NCBI GenBank assembly: GCA_041483895.1
Contig: JBGPGO010000009.1
Coordinates: 32,001-96,000, forward strand
From: Fimbriimonadia bacterium
GTDB taxonomy: Bacteria; Armatimonadota; Fimbriimonadia; Fimbriimonadales; JABRVX01
DNA length: 64,000 nt
Direction: 5' to 3'
Of the stretch, positions 10,742 through 19,597 are shown in pieces (positions within the stretch are counted from its first letter, which is position 1; each line of letters opens with the position of its first letter). A program made the translations under genes and the position numbers. The notes beneath the pieces are model-generated. The model did no database searches. It was given only the letters and a program-made list of their open reading frames with translations, and was not told where the DNA came from.

Positions 10742-11638
10742 ATGTTGATCGCAGTCACTCGCGGAGTTAGCTCGAGGTTCGCCGAATGCGAGCTGACGCA
10801 TCTTGCGCGCGAACCGATCAACGTGGGCTTGGCCCGGTCACAGCATGCTATGTATGCGGATGCTTTGCGATCGCTGGGGGTGGTGGTTGAGCAACTGCCC
10901 GCGGTGGAGGATTTGCCCGATTGTGTCTTTGTGGAGGATTGCGCTGTTGTGTTGGATGAGGTGGCGGTGATCGCTCGGCCGGGGGCTGAGTCGCGGCGCG
11001 AGGAGACGGCGGCTGTCGCGGCGGCGTTGGCCCAGTATCGCGATGTTCTGTGGGTTGAGGCGCCGGGGACGCTCGATGGCGGGGATGTGTTGGTTGTCGG
11101 CAGGGATGTTTATGTGGGCCGGACGGATCGGTCGAATCAGCAGGGATCGAACCAGTTGTCGAAACTCTTGGCGCCCTTTGGGTACCGGGTCATTCCCGTT
11201 CCTGTCCATGGTTGCCTGCATCTAAAGAGCGCGGTGTCGCTGTGCAGACCGGATTGCCTGCTCATCAATCCGAAGTGGGTGGATAGACGGACGTTCCGCC
11301 ACTCCCCGCAAGCGGAGGAGGGGGCCTTTCCCAAGGTTGCTGATGTGCCGAGCGCGGAAGACCCCCACCCCAGCCCTCCCCCGCAAGCGGGGGAGGGGGT
11401 TAAGGGGACGCCGCAAGCGGGGGAGGGAGTCGCCTTGCGTATCATTGAGATCGATCCGTCCGAGCCGTTTGCCGCAAACTGCCTCTATCTACCGAGTGGT
11501 GTCATCTATCCGTCGCACTTTCCGAGAACTCGATCGCGATTGGTGGCGGAGGGGGTCTCTCTGACATTGGTTGAAGCAAGCGAAGTGGCGAAGGCTGAGG
11601 GCGGCGTCACGTGCTGCTCACTCGTCTTCAATTCTTAA
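10742..11638 (+). CDS. ddaH: Dimethylarginine dimethylaminohydrolase (amidinotransferase fold) with an in-frame repeat insertion
   Basis: PDCVFVED, LDGGDVL, LHLKS, FAANCL, KAEGGVTCCS. Confidence 0.9.
   Translation: MLIAVTRGVSSRFAECELTHLAREPINVGLARSQHAMYADALRSLGVVVEQLPAVEDLPDCVFVEDCAVVLDEVAVIARPGAESRREETAAVAAALAQYRDVLWVEAPGTLDGGDVLVVGRDVYVGRTDRSNQQGSNQLSKLLAPFGYRVIPVPVHGCLHLKSAVSLCRPDCLLINPKWVDRRTFRHSPQAEEGAFPKVADVPSAEDPHPSPPPQAGEGVKGTPQAGEGVALRIIEIDPSEPFAANCLYLPSGVIYPSHFPRTRSRLVAEGVSLTLVEASEVAKAEGGVTCCSLVFNS
11304..11430. repeat. Type A palindrome (full copy 11361-11400 plus two partial copies) inside the DDAH CDS
   Basis: Core CCCTCCCCCGCAAGCGGGGGAGGG (11374-11397) is the exact reverse complement of 4221-4244; CCGCAAGCGG occurs three times. 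Confidence 0.85.
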
Positions 11639-11675
11639 GGACGCGGGTCATGTCTCCCAGGTATTCTATTGGCTG

Positions 11676-14000
11676 ATGCCACGACTTACTGAGCAGGAAC
11701 AGCAAGAGATCATCCGCCATTTGGAAGCCGATAAGCCGCTGCCGGATAAGTATCGGTTTCTGCTGTTTGCGGACAAACGCGAGGTGGAGCTGGTATGGAA
11801 CGCCAAGACCAACGAGGTCTGCTCCACCGTGCTGCCGTTTCAGGTGATAGAGCAGGTGGACGAGCCGCGGGCGGAAAAGCCGGAAGACACGGCGTTGCAG
11901 CAAGGTCTTTTCGATGAATGCGGACGCCAGCTAAAGGGCTGGACCAACAAGCTGATCTGGGGCGACAACAAGCTGATCCTTTCCTCCCTGAAGAATGGCC
12001 CGCTGCGCGAAGAGATCGAGGCGCAGGGCGGCATCAAGCTGATCTATATCGATCCCCCGTTCGATGTCGGCGCGGACTTTTCGATGGATATTGAGATCGG
12101 CGACGATACATTCACCAAAAAGCCTGGCATTTTGGAGGAGATCGCCTATCGGGATACGTGGGGTAGGGGCGCGGATTCTTTCATTGCAATGATCTACGAG
12201 CGACTAGACCTAATGCGCGATTTGCTGGCGGAGGATGGCAGTATTTATGTTCATTGTGATTGGCGGGTGAACAGCTACATACGCCTAGCTTTGGATGAAG
12301 TCTTCGGTCAAAGAAACCTGAGAAATGACATTACGTGGGTTCGTTCAACCAATCCCAAGGGTTCACAGCACCAAACCAATAATTACGATGTCTATACTGA
12401 CACTTTATTGTTCTACGGAAAATCGGACCAAAATACACCAGATTTGGATGCCATCCGAACGCCTTTGACAGCAGTTGAATTGGGGGAGAAATACTATCGC
12501 GAGGATGAGAAGGGAAAATACTACGATGGACCGATCGTCAGTTCGCAGTCAATGGGGCCGCGACCGACCCTTGTATATGTATACAAGGGATATACGCCTC
12601 CGTCAGCGGGGTGGCGCCTAACGAAGGACAATCTAGAGAAACTCGATTTGGCGGGTGACTTGGGTTGGACGTCACAAGGTAAGCCATTCCGAAAGCTGAG
12701 GGTAGAGGACGACAAAGGCAAACCAATCGGGAATTTTTGGAACGATATCTCACTAATAAACTCACAAGCTGCCGAGCGAATTGGTTATCCCACGCAAAAG
12801 CCGGAAGCGCTGTTGGAACGCATCATCAAAGCCTCATCCCATGCGGACGACCTCATCGCAGATTTCTTCTGCGGCTCCGGCACAGCTGCCGCAGCGGCCG
12901 AAAAGTTGGGGCGCAAGTGGATCGCCACTGACCTGGGCAAGTTCGCCATCCACACTACTCGCAAGCGGATGATCGGCGTTCAACGCGAACTGAAGGCCGC
13001 TGGCAAAGACTATCGCGCGTTCGAGATCCTGAACCTCGGCAAATACGAGCGCCAGCACTACATCGGCGTCAACCCTAACCTGCGCGAGGCGGATCAGCAG
13101 AAGCAGTTGGAAGAAAAAGAGGCCGCGTTCCTCGACCTGATCCTGCGGGCCTACCGCGCCGAGAAGACCGATGGCTTCAAGACGTTCCATGGCAAGAAGG
13201 CGGGCCGCCTTGTATCGGTCGGACCGATCAACCTGCCGGTAACGCGCCTCTATGTCGAAGAGGTGATCCTGGAATGCCGCAAGAAGCATATCACTCGCGT
13301 GGACATTCTAGGCTTCGAATTCGAGATGGGACTGTTCCCCAACGTGCTGGACGAAGCGAAGGCGAAAGGGACTGACATCGCTCCGAAGTACATTCCCGCA
13401 GAGGTGTTCGACAAGCGCGCGGTGGAGAAGAACCAGGTGGTCTTCCACGACGTCTCCTTCATCGAGGTCACCCCGCACGTCAAGGGCGCCAGCGTCGCCG
13501 TCGAGCTAACGGATTTCTCCGTCTACTACACGCAGGATTCCATCGCCAACGCCGAGGCGACGCTGAAAGACAAGGGAAGCAGGATCGTGGTCGAGCAGGG
13601 ACAGATCGTCAAGGTGAGCAAGGACGCGCACGGCATCGTAACCCGCGAGATCTTAACCAAGAAATGGACGGACTGGATCGACTACTGGGCGGTGGATTTC
13701 AATTACGAAAGCAAGCGGGAGATCATCCGCCAGAAGCTGGTGCCATCCTCTCAAGAAACTTTCGCGGGGTTGGAAGGACCCCAACAGGAGTTGGAACAAT
13801 ACGAGGAGGTCTGGACCGGCGATTATGTATTTGAGAACGAGTGGCAGTCCTTCCGCACCAAAAAGGACCGAACCCTGGAAATGACCAGCGTGTACAAGGA
13901 GTGCGAACCAGGTCGGCGCAAGCTGGCGGTGAAGGTTGTTGATATCTTTGGCAATGACACGATGACAATTGTCGAAGTGACGGTGGGTGCAAGAACGTAA
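11676..14000 (+). CDS. mod: Type III restriction-modification DNA methyltransferase (Mod)
   Basis: IYIDPPF, YPTQKPEALL and DFFCGSGT motifs; central AT-richer target-recognition region (~12250-12780); ATG 11676 preferred. Confidence 0.9.
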   Translation: MPRLTEQEQQEIIRHLEADKPLPDKYRFLLFADKREVELVWNAKTNEVCSTVLPFQVIEQVDEPRAEKPEDTALQQGLFDECGRQLKGWTNKLIWGDNKLILSSLKNGPLREEIEAQGGIKLIYIDPPFDVGADFSMDIEIGDDTFTKKPGILEEIAYRDTWGRGADSFIAMIYERLDLMRDLLAEDGSIYVHCDWRVNSYIRLALDEVFGQRNLRNDITWVRSTNPKGSQHQTNNYDVYTDTLLFYGKSDQNTPDLDAIRTPLTAVELGEKYYREDEKGKYYDGPIVSSQSMGPRPTLVYVYKGYTPPSAGWRLTKDNLEKLDLAGDLGWTSQGKPFRKLRVEDDKGKPIGNFWNDISLINSQAAERIGYPTQKPEALLERIIKASSHADDLIADFFCGSGTAAAAAEKLGRKWIATDLGKFAIHTTRKRMIGVQRELKAAGKDYRAFEILNLGKYERQHYIGVNPNLREADQQKQLEEKEAAFLDLILRAYRAEKTDGFKTFHGKKAGRLVSVGPINLPVTRLYVEEVILECRKKHITRVDILGFEFEMGLFPNVLDEAKAKGTDIAPKYIPAEVFDKRAVEKNQVVFHDVSFIEVTPHVKGASVAVELTDFSVYYTQDSIANAEATLKDKGSRIVVEQGQIVKVSKDAHGIVTREILTKKWTDWIDYWAVDFNYESKREIIRQKLVPSSQETFAGLEGPQQELEQYEEVWTGDYVFENEWQSFRTKKDRTLEMTSVYKECEPGRRKLAVKVVDIFGNDTMTIVEVTVGART

Positions 14001-16684
14001 TGGCCCTGCACAAGGATTTCCCGGAATCGCCATATGCAATTCTCGATCCTGCCGTTCGCTGGTTCCCCGCCGACGAATCACTCCGCGAAACCACGATGGA
14101 CAAACTGATGCCGCCGTTGGTGCCGGAACTACGCCGCAAGGTGAAGGAGTGGCGGGATAGCGGATACTCCGGCGCTACTGACACGAGCCGCAGTCTGCTC
14201 AACTGGTGGTTTTGCACTTCCCACATAATGCCTCAAGCCAACGGTCCGGATGCGGAATTTGAATACTATTTTGCCCAGCGCGAAGCGCTAGAGACCATCA
14301 TCTATCTGTACGATTTCGCAAAAGTCCAAGACAAGTACGACCTGATTCGGTATGACAGTTCGGGCGCGGTATCGGCCGGAATGTTTGATGAAACATGGCG
14401 GCGTTTTGTTGTCAAAATGGCGACTGGAAGCGGCAAGACGAAGGTTCTGAGCTTGGTACTTGCATGGAGCTTCTTTCACAAACTGTATGAACCTGATTCC
14501 GGCCTGGCGCGAAATTTCTTAGTGATTGCGCCAAACATCATCGTCTTGGATCGCATTCGCAAAGATTTCGATGGACTCCGAATTTTCTTGAAGGACGACC
14601 CTATACTTCCCGACGATGGACATGATGGGCAAAACTGGCGCAGCGACTTCCAATTGACGCTGCATGTCCAGGACGAGGTGCGCGTAACGCATCCGACCGG
14701 GAATATCTTTCTCACCAACATCCACAGGGTATATGCGGGCGATGACATTCCACCGTCCCCTGATGACGAAGATACTATGGACTACTTTCTGGGCAAGCGT
14801 CCGACCGGTGCGACAACTGATTCAAAAGTCGATTTGGGCATGATTGTCCGCGATATTGATGAGTTGGTCGTTCTGAACGATGAAGCGCATCACATACACG
14901 ATCCAAGCATGGCATGGTTCAAATCCATTGAGGATATTCATAATCGTCTCAAGCAGAAAGGGACGGCGCTGTCCTTGCAGGTTGATGTAACCGCCACTCC
15001 TAAACATATCAATGGCGCCATTTTTGTGCAAACCATCGCGGACTACCCACTTGTTGAGGCGATAAAGCAAGACGTGGTCAAGCATCCAGTACTGCCCGAC
15101 GCGCCAAGCCGCGCCAAGCTGGTGGAGCGGCATAGCGCGAAATACACTGAGAAGTATGAGGACTATCTTCATCTAGGTGTGATCGAGTGGCGCAAAGCGT
15201 ATGAAGAACACGAGAAGGCAGGGATGAAGGCCATTCTGTTCATCATGACAGATGACACTCGGAACTGTGACGAGGTTGCTGACTTTCTAAAGGGGACCTA
15301 TCCCGACTTACAGAATTCGGTGCTCGTCATCCACACGAAAAAGAACGGTGAGATTTCCGAATCTTCGACAGGGAAGGACAAAGAGGAGCTAGATCGGCTC
15401 CGTAAACAGGCCAACGAAATCGACAATTTGGACAGTCCCTACCGCGCCATCGTATCTGTGATGATGCTGAAAGAGGGTTGGGACGTGCGCAATGTGACCA
15501 CTATCGTAGGACTGCGAGTTTACGGCTCGCCGAGCAAGATACTTCCGGAGCAAACGCTAGGACGCGGACTCAGAAAGATGTATCCGGGCCGCACCGAGGA
15601 GTATCTCAGTGTTATTGGCACAAACGCATTTATGGACTTCGTGGAATCGATTCAGGCGGAAGGCGTTGTGTTTGACCGGAAACCCATGGGGGAGGGTACT
15701 CCACCGCTTGCTCCGATTGTCGTCGAAGTTGATAAGGACAATCCCAAGAAGGACATCGAGGATTTGGATATCGAGATCCCTGTCATGACGCCCCGTGTTT
15801 ACCGAGAATACAAGAACTTGGCTGAATTGGATGGCAGCTCGCTCAATCACCAAAAGGTGATGTACCTCAATTTCTCCGAAGAGGAACAGCGCGAAATCGT
15901 TTTCAAGGATATCACAACTGGAGAGATCACTCACACCACGATCCTAGACACGGCAGGAGTAGCTGATTACCGTAGTGTCATCGGATACTTTACGCAGACG
16001 ATTATGAAAGATCTGCGTCTGGTTAGCGGATACGACATATTGTATGGCAAGGTGAAGTCATTTGTACAGGGCGAGCTATTTGATCAGGCAGTGGATTTAG
16101 AGAGCCCAAACACATTGCGGAATCTGTCTGAATTGGCAGGCACCAAGACCGTGATTGAGACTTTCAAAAGGGCTATCAACGAGCTTACGATCCGAGACAA
16201 AGGCGACGCCGAGATTCGTGATTATATCAAGCTGCGACAGACGCGACCGTTCGTCGCGAAAGAACAGGCCTATGTTGTCCCGAAGAAGAGCGTTTTCAAC
16301 AAGATTATTGGGGATCGCAATTTTGAACTGCGCTTCGCAAGCTTCTTGGATGGTTGCGACGATGTGATTTCATTTGCTAAGAACTACTTAGCCGTTCAAT
16401 TCAAACTCGATTACGTCAACTCCAACGGCGAATTGACCAACTACATACCTGACTTTTTCGTAAAGACAGCAGCAAATAGTGTATTCGTCGTCGAGACCAA
16501 GGGGTTTGAAGAGATTGATCTACCTCTCAAGATGGAGAGGTTGCGGCAGTGGTGCGAAGACATCAATCGGGTCCAGTCTGAAGTCGCGTGGGACTACGTC
16601 TACGTGGATGAGAGCAGTTTCGACCGATACGATCCGAAGTCTTTTCATCAATTAATCGAGAATTTCCAGCAATACAAGAAATGA
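14000..16684 (+). CDS. res: Type III restriction endonuclease subunit (Res; SF2 helicase + PD-(D/E)xK nuclease)
   Basis: MATGSGKT, LNDEAHH, TATP, LKEGWDV, QTLGRGLR and C-terminal YIPDF..VETKG; its start overlaps the mod stop. Confidence 0.9.
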   Translation: MALHKDFPESPYAILDPAVRWFPADESLRETTMDKLMPPLVPELRRKVKEWRDSGYSGATDTSRSLLNWWFCTSHIMPQANGPDAEFEYYFAQREALETIIYLYDFAKVQDKYDLIRYDSSGAVSAGMFDETWRRFVVKMATGSGKTKVLSLVLAWSFFHKLYEPDSGLARNFLVIAPNIIVLDRIRKDFDGLRIFLKDDPILPDDGHDGQNWRSDFQLTLHVQDEVRVTHPTGNIFLTNIHRVYAGDDIPPSPDDEDTMDYFLGKRPTGATTDSKVDLGMIVRDIDELVVLNDEAHHIHDPSMAWFKSIEDIHNRLKQKGTALSLQVDVTATPKHINGAIFVQTIADYPLVEAIKQDVVKHPVLPDAPSRAKLVERHSAKYTEKYEDYLHLGVIEWRKAYEEHEKAGMKAILFIMTDDTRNCDEVADFLKGTYPDLQNSVLVIHTKKNGEISESSTGKDKEELDRLRKQANEIDNLDSPYRAIVSVMMLKEGWDVRNVTTIVGLRVYGSPSKILPEQTLGRGLRKMYPGRTEEYLSVIGTNAFMDFVESIQAEGVVFDRKPMGEGTPPLAPIVVEVDKDNPKKDIEDLDIEIPVMTPRVYREYKNLAELDGSSLNHQKVMYLNFSEEEQREIVFKDITTGEITHTTILDTAGVADYRSVIGYFTQTIMKDLRLVSGYDILYGKVKSFVQGELFDQAVDLESPNTLRNLSELAGTKTVIETFKRAINELTIRDKGDAEIRDYIKLRQTRPFVAKEQAYVVPKKSVFNKIIGDRNFELRFASFLDGCDDVISFAKNYLAVQFKLDYVNSNGELTNYIPDFFVKTAANSVFVVETKGFEEIDLPLKMERLRQWCEDINRVQSEVAWDYVYVDESSFDRYDPKSFHQLIENFQQYKK

Positions 16685-16687
16685 ACG

Positions 16688-16837
16688 CGCCGTGCATTGC
16701 GCTTCCGTCGCCTCGGGATAGTAGAGGAGCGCCTCGCCGAAGGCCAGCTCCTTGGCGTGCGTGTTCGCCGGGTTCTTGTGGAGCAGATACCCGAGGTCGG
16801 TCGCCGGCCTATGTGTGGTCGTTATCGTGAGCAGCAT
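16688..16837 (-). pseudogene. hen1: 5' fragment (~50 codons) of bacterial Hen1 RNA 2'-O-methyltransferase
   Basis: MLLTITTTHRPATDLGYLLHKNP...FG.A..YYPEATEAQCTA matches the characteristic bacterial Hen1 N-terminus; similarity stops a few bases from the res stop codon. Confidence 0.82.
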
Positions 16838-16942
16838 CGCGGGCGCGATCTTAGCACAGAATTGGGGAGTGTCAGAGTCTTGGATTTCGGCATTCGGGAG
16901 ATTTCGGTGATAGTGAATCCTGACACATCAAAGTAGCATAAT

Positions 16943-17392
16943 ATGATCATGTGGACAAAGGATACGATTGTTGAACTGTTCCGGCAGATGGAGGAGGGAG
17001 GGGATATTCCGCCCGCGCGGCAGGTGCTCAGCCGCCTGACGCCGGAGCTGGCCGCGACGAAGCTGCCGAATTGGCCGTATTCCATTTTGACCAACCTCGC
17101 GCATGCGGTTTTCTGGCAGAACAACTGGCTGGCTCATGTGAGAGGAGAACGGGCGCAATCGTTCACGAACGACTGGCGCGTGCCGGATCCGTCGGAGTTT
17201 GGCTCGTTGCGGAAGGAGTTTCTTGACGGGTTTGCGGAGGCGCGCCGAATAGCCGAATCGCAGCCGTTCGATCACAAGATGAAATCGGATGACATCGCCA
17301 TCAAGACGCTGATGTATATCGCCATCCACAATTCCTATCATTTGGGACAGATGAATTTGCTAAAGAGACAACTACGGCTAAACAAGCCATAG
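16943..17392 (+). CDS. DinB family protein
   Basis: PYSILTNLAHAVFWQ and HNSYHLGQ His motifs. Confidence 0.85.
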   Translation: MIMWTKDTIVELFRQMEEGGDIPPARQVLSRLTPELAATKLPNWPYSILTNLAHAVFWQNNWLAHVRGERAQSFTNDWRVPDPSEFGSLRKEFLDGFAEARRIAESQPFDHKMKSDDIAIKTLMYIAIHNSYHLGQMNLLKRQLRLNKP

Positions 17393-17633
17393 TTGCAAGT
17401 CCGCACCCATCAGCGCCTTGGCATCATTGCCCTCCGCCGTTTACAGATGTCCTCCGTTCCGCCGGTTCTGGTTGCTGTTCACTGCCGTACGCACTGAATT
17501 GCGGGTGACCGGGAACACTCTGTGATGTGTGCTACCCTTACAATGGACGACCCGCTGGCTAACAAGGTGGCCAACAAAGGCGCTTCGGCGGCACGGAGAT
17601 AGGGCAGAGAAACCACGATTTAGGTTCAAAAAC

Positions 17634-17708
17634 TGGAGCCGACGGTCGGATTCGAACCGACGACCTGCTGTTTACGAAACAGCTGCTCTACCACTGAGCT
17701 ACGTCGGC
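17634..17708 (-). tRNA. tRNA-Thr(CGT)
   Basis: Cloverleaf GCCGACG..., anticodon arm GCTGT-TTCGTAA-ACAGC, GTTCGAATC, CCA end. Confidence 0.95.
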
Positions 17709-17804
17709 ACCATTCGTAAAGCGGAGGGGAGTGTACCTCCCTGGCAGGCGCTTGGGCAACGAGGTTCGAATGAAACGGGACATTCCGAACGAGCAACTGC
17801 GCGG

Positions 17805-17869
17805 GCGCAAGCTAGAGCGTGCGGCTACCGGAAGATCGGAAAATGCGCAAGCTAAAGCGTGCGGCTACC
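17805..17869. repeat. Two REP-like direct repeats (GTAG-type on the minus strand)
   Basis: GCGCAAGCTA(G/A)AGCGTGCGGCTACC at 17805-17829 and 17845-17869. Confidence 0.7.
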
Positions 17870-17901
17870 TGGGGATGGTGCGCCGGGTACGATCTCTTTC
17901 C

Positions 17902-18213
17902 GTGCCGATCCTGGAATTTGTCTGCAACCGGTGCTTGAAGAGGTCCAGCCAACTGGTCGGGATGACCGCCGACGGTGGGCTGGAACCTTGTCCGTGGTGC
18001 GGCTCCACGGACATCGTGCAGGCCGTCTCGCGATTTCGGCGCGGGAAGACCGAGGACGACCGCCTTGATGAGATGGCTGACCGGCTGGAGCTGCAGGGCG
18101 AGCCGGACAGCCCTTCCGCCATGCGGGAAATAGCTCGCGAAATGGGCAAGGCGATGGACGAGGACATGTCTGACGAGATGGAGGAGATGTTCGAGTCGGA
18201 CACCGGCGAGTAG
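17902..18213 (+). CDS. FmdB-family zinc-ribbon protein
   Basis: (M)PILEFVCNRC...CPWCGS followed by an acidic helical tail; GTG start. Confidence 0.85.
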   Translation: MPILEFVCNRCLKRSSQLVGMTADGGLEPCPWCGSTDIVQAVSRFRRGKTEDDRLDEMADRLELQGEPDSPSAMREIAREMGKAMDEDMSDEMEEMFESDTGE

Positions 18214-18232
18214 ATTGCACACGGCCAGGCGC

Positions 18233-18297
18233 GGATGGCTCGCGAAATGGGCAAGGCGATGGACGAGGAGGTGTTTGAGACCGATTCGGGTGTATAG
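18233..18297 (+). repeat. Partial duplicate of the FmdB-family gene 3' end
   Basis: 32-nt exact repeat at 18133-18164 and 18238-18269, followed by a diverged copy of the last codons. Confidence 0.85.
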
Positions 18298-18300
18298 CTT

Positions 18301-19530
18301 CTACGCCGCCAAATGTAGGCAGGCATCTTCGCTCGCCTGGATCGCCTCGACATGCAACCGCCCAAGATCGCGGGATTGTGCGAGTGAAGCGTTAATTGCG
18401 CTCCAGTCGCCCCGCTCGTAGCTGATGACGCTTCGCAGGGCGGTCGCGATCTCACTTGTGGATTTCGGATCGACAAGAGCTTCGTGCACGTCCGCAGGCA
18501 GAGGAAGACCCTCAAGAATTTGCTCCATGGGTTGGTCAAGCAGAGCATCGAGGACGGAAAACAGTCCGGCGCAATAAAAATGTTCGCGTTTTGGATGATT
18601 TTTCGGAACGAGCGATTCAGCCATCCGGGCCCGCGCCAATGCGGTAACCAACAGCTCAGACGGTTTGTTCTCGATGCTGGATAGGAGCAAGATCGTCGCC
18701 ATCTGAGCCGTTCTCGTCAGTCCCAAAAATGCTACCGCCGAACGAACGGAATCGACCTCGCGCGGGCCTGATATGTACGCGCTGTGCAGAAATTTGAGGA
18801 GCCGATAGCTGAGCGTGACGTCAGCGGAGATCAGCTTGGAAACAACATCCAATCCAATTTCCGGATCGCGCAAGGCGGTAATGAGTCCCAGCAAACCGGC
18901 TCGATTGCCTGTCTTTAACTTCCCTTCCAGCAGTTCCGGCCGCATGAAATAGTAACCCTGGAAATATTCGCAGCCGAGAGCGGCGTATCGATCAAATTCC
19001 TCGTAGGTCTCGACCTTTTCCGCCAGCAGTTTTCTGCCGCCTCGGCGTAGTCCCGAAATCGATCGCCTGCACTTATCGGCATCAATCTTTGATACGTCCA
19101 GCTTCACGATGTCCGCGATGTTGAGAAAAGGATCGAGGCTCGGTTGAAACACATAGTCGTCGATAGCAATCCGAAATCCCCTATCACGGAGTTCGCGAAC
19201 ACGGGCGATTGATTCCGGAGTGGCGACGGTATTTTCCAATATCTCGAAGACCACTCGGTCCGCCGGCAGGCAGGAGAGCATGTCGCTGCCCAGCAGAGAA
19301 TTGTTCAGGTTGATAAAACAGGGCTTGTCTCCCACCAGGTGCGGCAGGCCGATCTCCATGAACGCATTGACAAGAACGGTCGCGGTCGCCCTGCCTTCCA
19401 CCTCATCGGTGACATCTGTCATGGGTCCGCGATACAGCAGCTCATAGCCCTGAACCTGCCGGTTTCGGTCGAATATGGGCTGGCGGGCCAGGCAAATGTC
19501 AGCCGGTTTGGGAGGGGCTTCTTGGCTCAT
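18301..19530 (-). CDS. EAL + HDOD domain protein (c-di-GMP phosphodiesterase-like)
   Basis: LARQPIFD..GYELLYR, FEILE, IAIDDY, LLAEKVET, FQGYYF, then an HDOD domain (GLFSVLDALL). Confidence 0.92.
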   Translation of the reverse strand: MSQEAPPKPADICLARQPIFDRNRQVQGYELLYRGPMTDVTDEVEGRATATVLVNAFMEIGLPHLVGDKPCFINLNNSLLGSDMLSCLPADRVVFEILENTVATPESIARVRELRDRGFRIAIDDYVFQPSLDPFLNIADIVKLDVSKIDADKCRRSISGLRRGGRKLLAEKVETYEEFDRYAALGCEYFQGYYFMRPELLEGKLKTGNRAGLLGLITALRDPEIGLDVVSKLISADVTLSYRLLKFLHSAYISGPREVDSVRSAVAFLGLTRTAQMATILLLSSIENKPSELLVTALARARMAESLVPKNHPKREHFYCAGLFSVLDALLDQPMEQILEGLPLPADVHEALVDPKSTSEIATALRSVISYERGDWSAINASLAQSRDLGRLHVEAIQASEDACLHLAA

Positions 19531-19597
19531 ACACCGCTATTTTCGGTAAAACATCACACATTCAGAATGAGCCGTACCCAGTAGTCTCACCGGGCTT

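Noticed and set aside
4165..11433. Inteins or introns as the source of the in-frame inserts
   Set aside because: Inserts are too short, lack intein C/S...HN termini and intron structure, and consist of palindromic repeat DNA.
7802..18297. Diversity-generating retroelement suggested by duplicated gene 3' ends
   Set aside because: No reverse transcriptase, and the differences between copies are not adenine-specific.
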